The notes under the pieces were generated by a model that had not been told where the DNA came from, did no database searches, and saw only the letters and a list, made by a program, of their open reading frames with translations. This document shows positions 63,755-64,000 of a stretch of DNA of 64,000 nucleotides, one piece after another; the first letter of the stretch is position 1, and each line of letters begins with the position of its first letter. This DNA is from Squalus acanthias (taxonomy: Eukaryota): assembly GCA_030390025.1 (NCBI GenBank), contig CM059432.1, forward strand, positions 28,212,001 to 28,276,000, given 5' to 3'. The position numbers were made by a program, and so were the translations under genes.

Positions 63755-63975
63755 ACATAGAATCATAGAATCTTACAGCACAGAAGGACGTTGTTCGGCC
63801 TATCTTGCCTGTGCCGACTCTTTGAAAGAGCTATCCATTTAGACCCACTCCCCTGCTCTTTCCTCATAGCCCTGCAAATTTTCCTTTTCAAGTATTTATC
63901 CAATTCCCTTTTGGAAGTTACTATTGAATCTGCTTCCACCACCCTTTAAGGCAGTGCATTCTAGATCATAACATA
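63755..63975 (-). mobile_element. CR1 3' end just upstream of the TG exon acceptor
   Basis: catagaatcatagaatcttacagcacagaagga tail, similar to 28400-28635. Confidence 0.8.
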
Positions 63976-64000
63976 AAATGTATAGATTAAGGTAAGATCA

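Overview
Repeat-rich eukaryotic DNA, most likely from a cartilaginous fish (judged from its CR1, L2, DeuSINE, Penelope and MITE families). The ORF track misses the main gene. Reading splice sites by hand shows six phase-1 exons of thyroglobulin (TG) on the minus strand: 63734-63537, 27187-27020, 20506-20387, 19171-19088, 14796-14659 and 14074-13895. They splice into an 888-nt stop-free frame matching the type-3 repeat region, approximately human exons 26-31 (numbering from memory). The first intron is 36,349 bp, and about 93% of it is a single ~33.8-kb array of a 35-bp monomer (~965 copies). The array has internal mini-hairpins, kb-scale higher-order duplications and a young TA-flanked MITE near its edge. 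The other introns hold a 5'-truncated CR1 with an open RT ORF, L2 and Vingi-like LINEs, SINEs, several Harbinger-like MITEs and a 31-bp minisatellite. They also hold a fold-back Penelope insertion with a 15-bp TSD and a minimal hammerhead ribozyme on the TG-sense strand. No prokaryotic system or CRISPR array is supported. All family names and human comparisons are from recall, not database searches.
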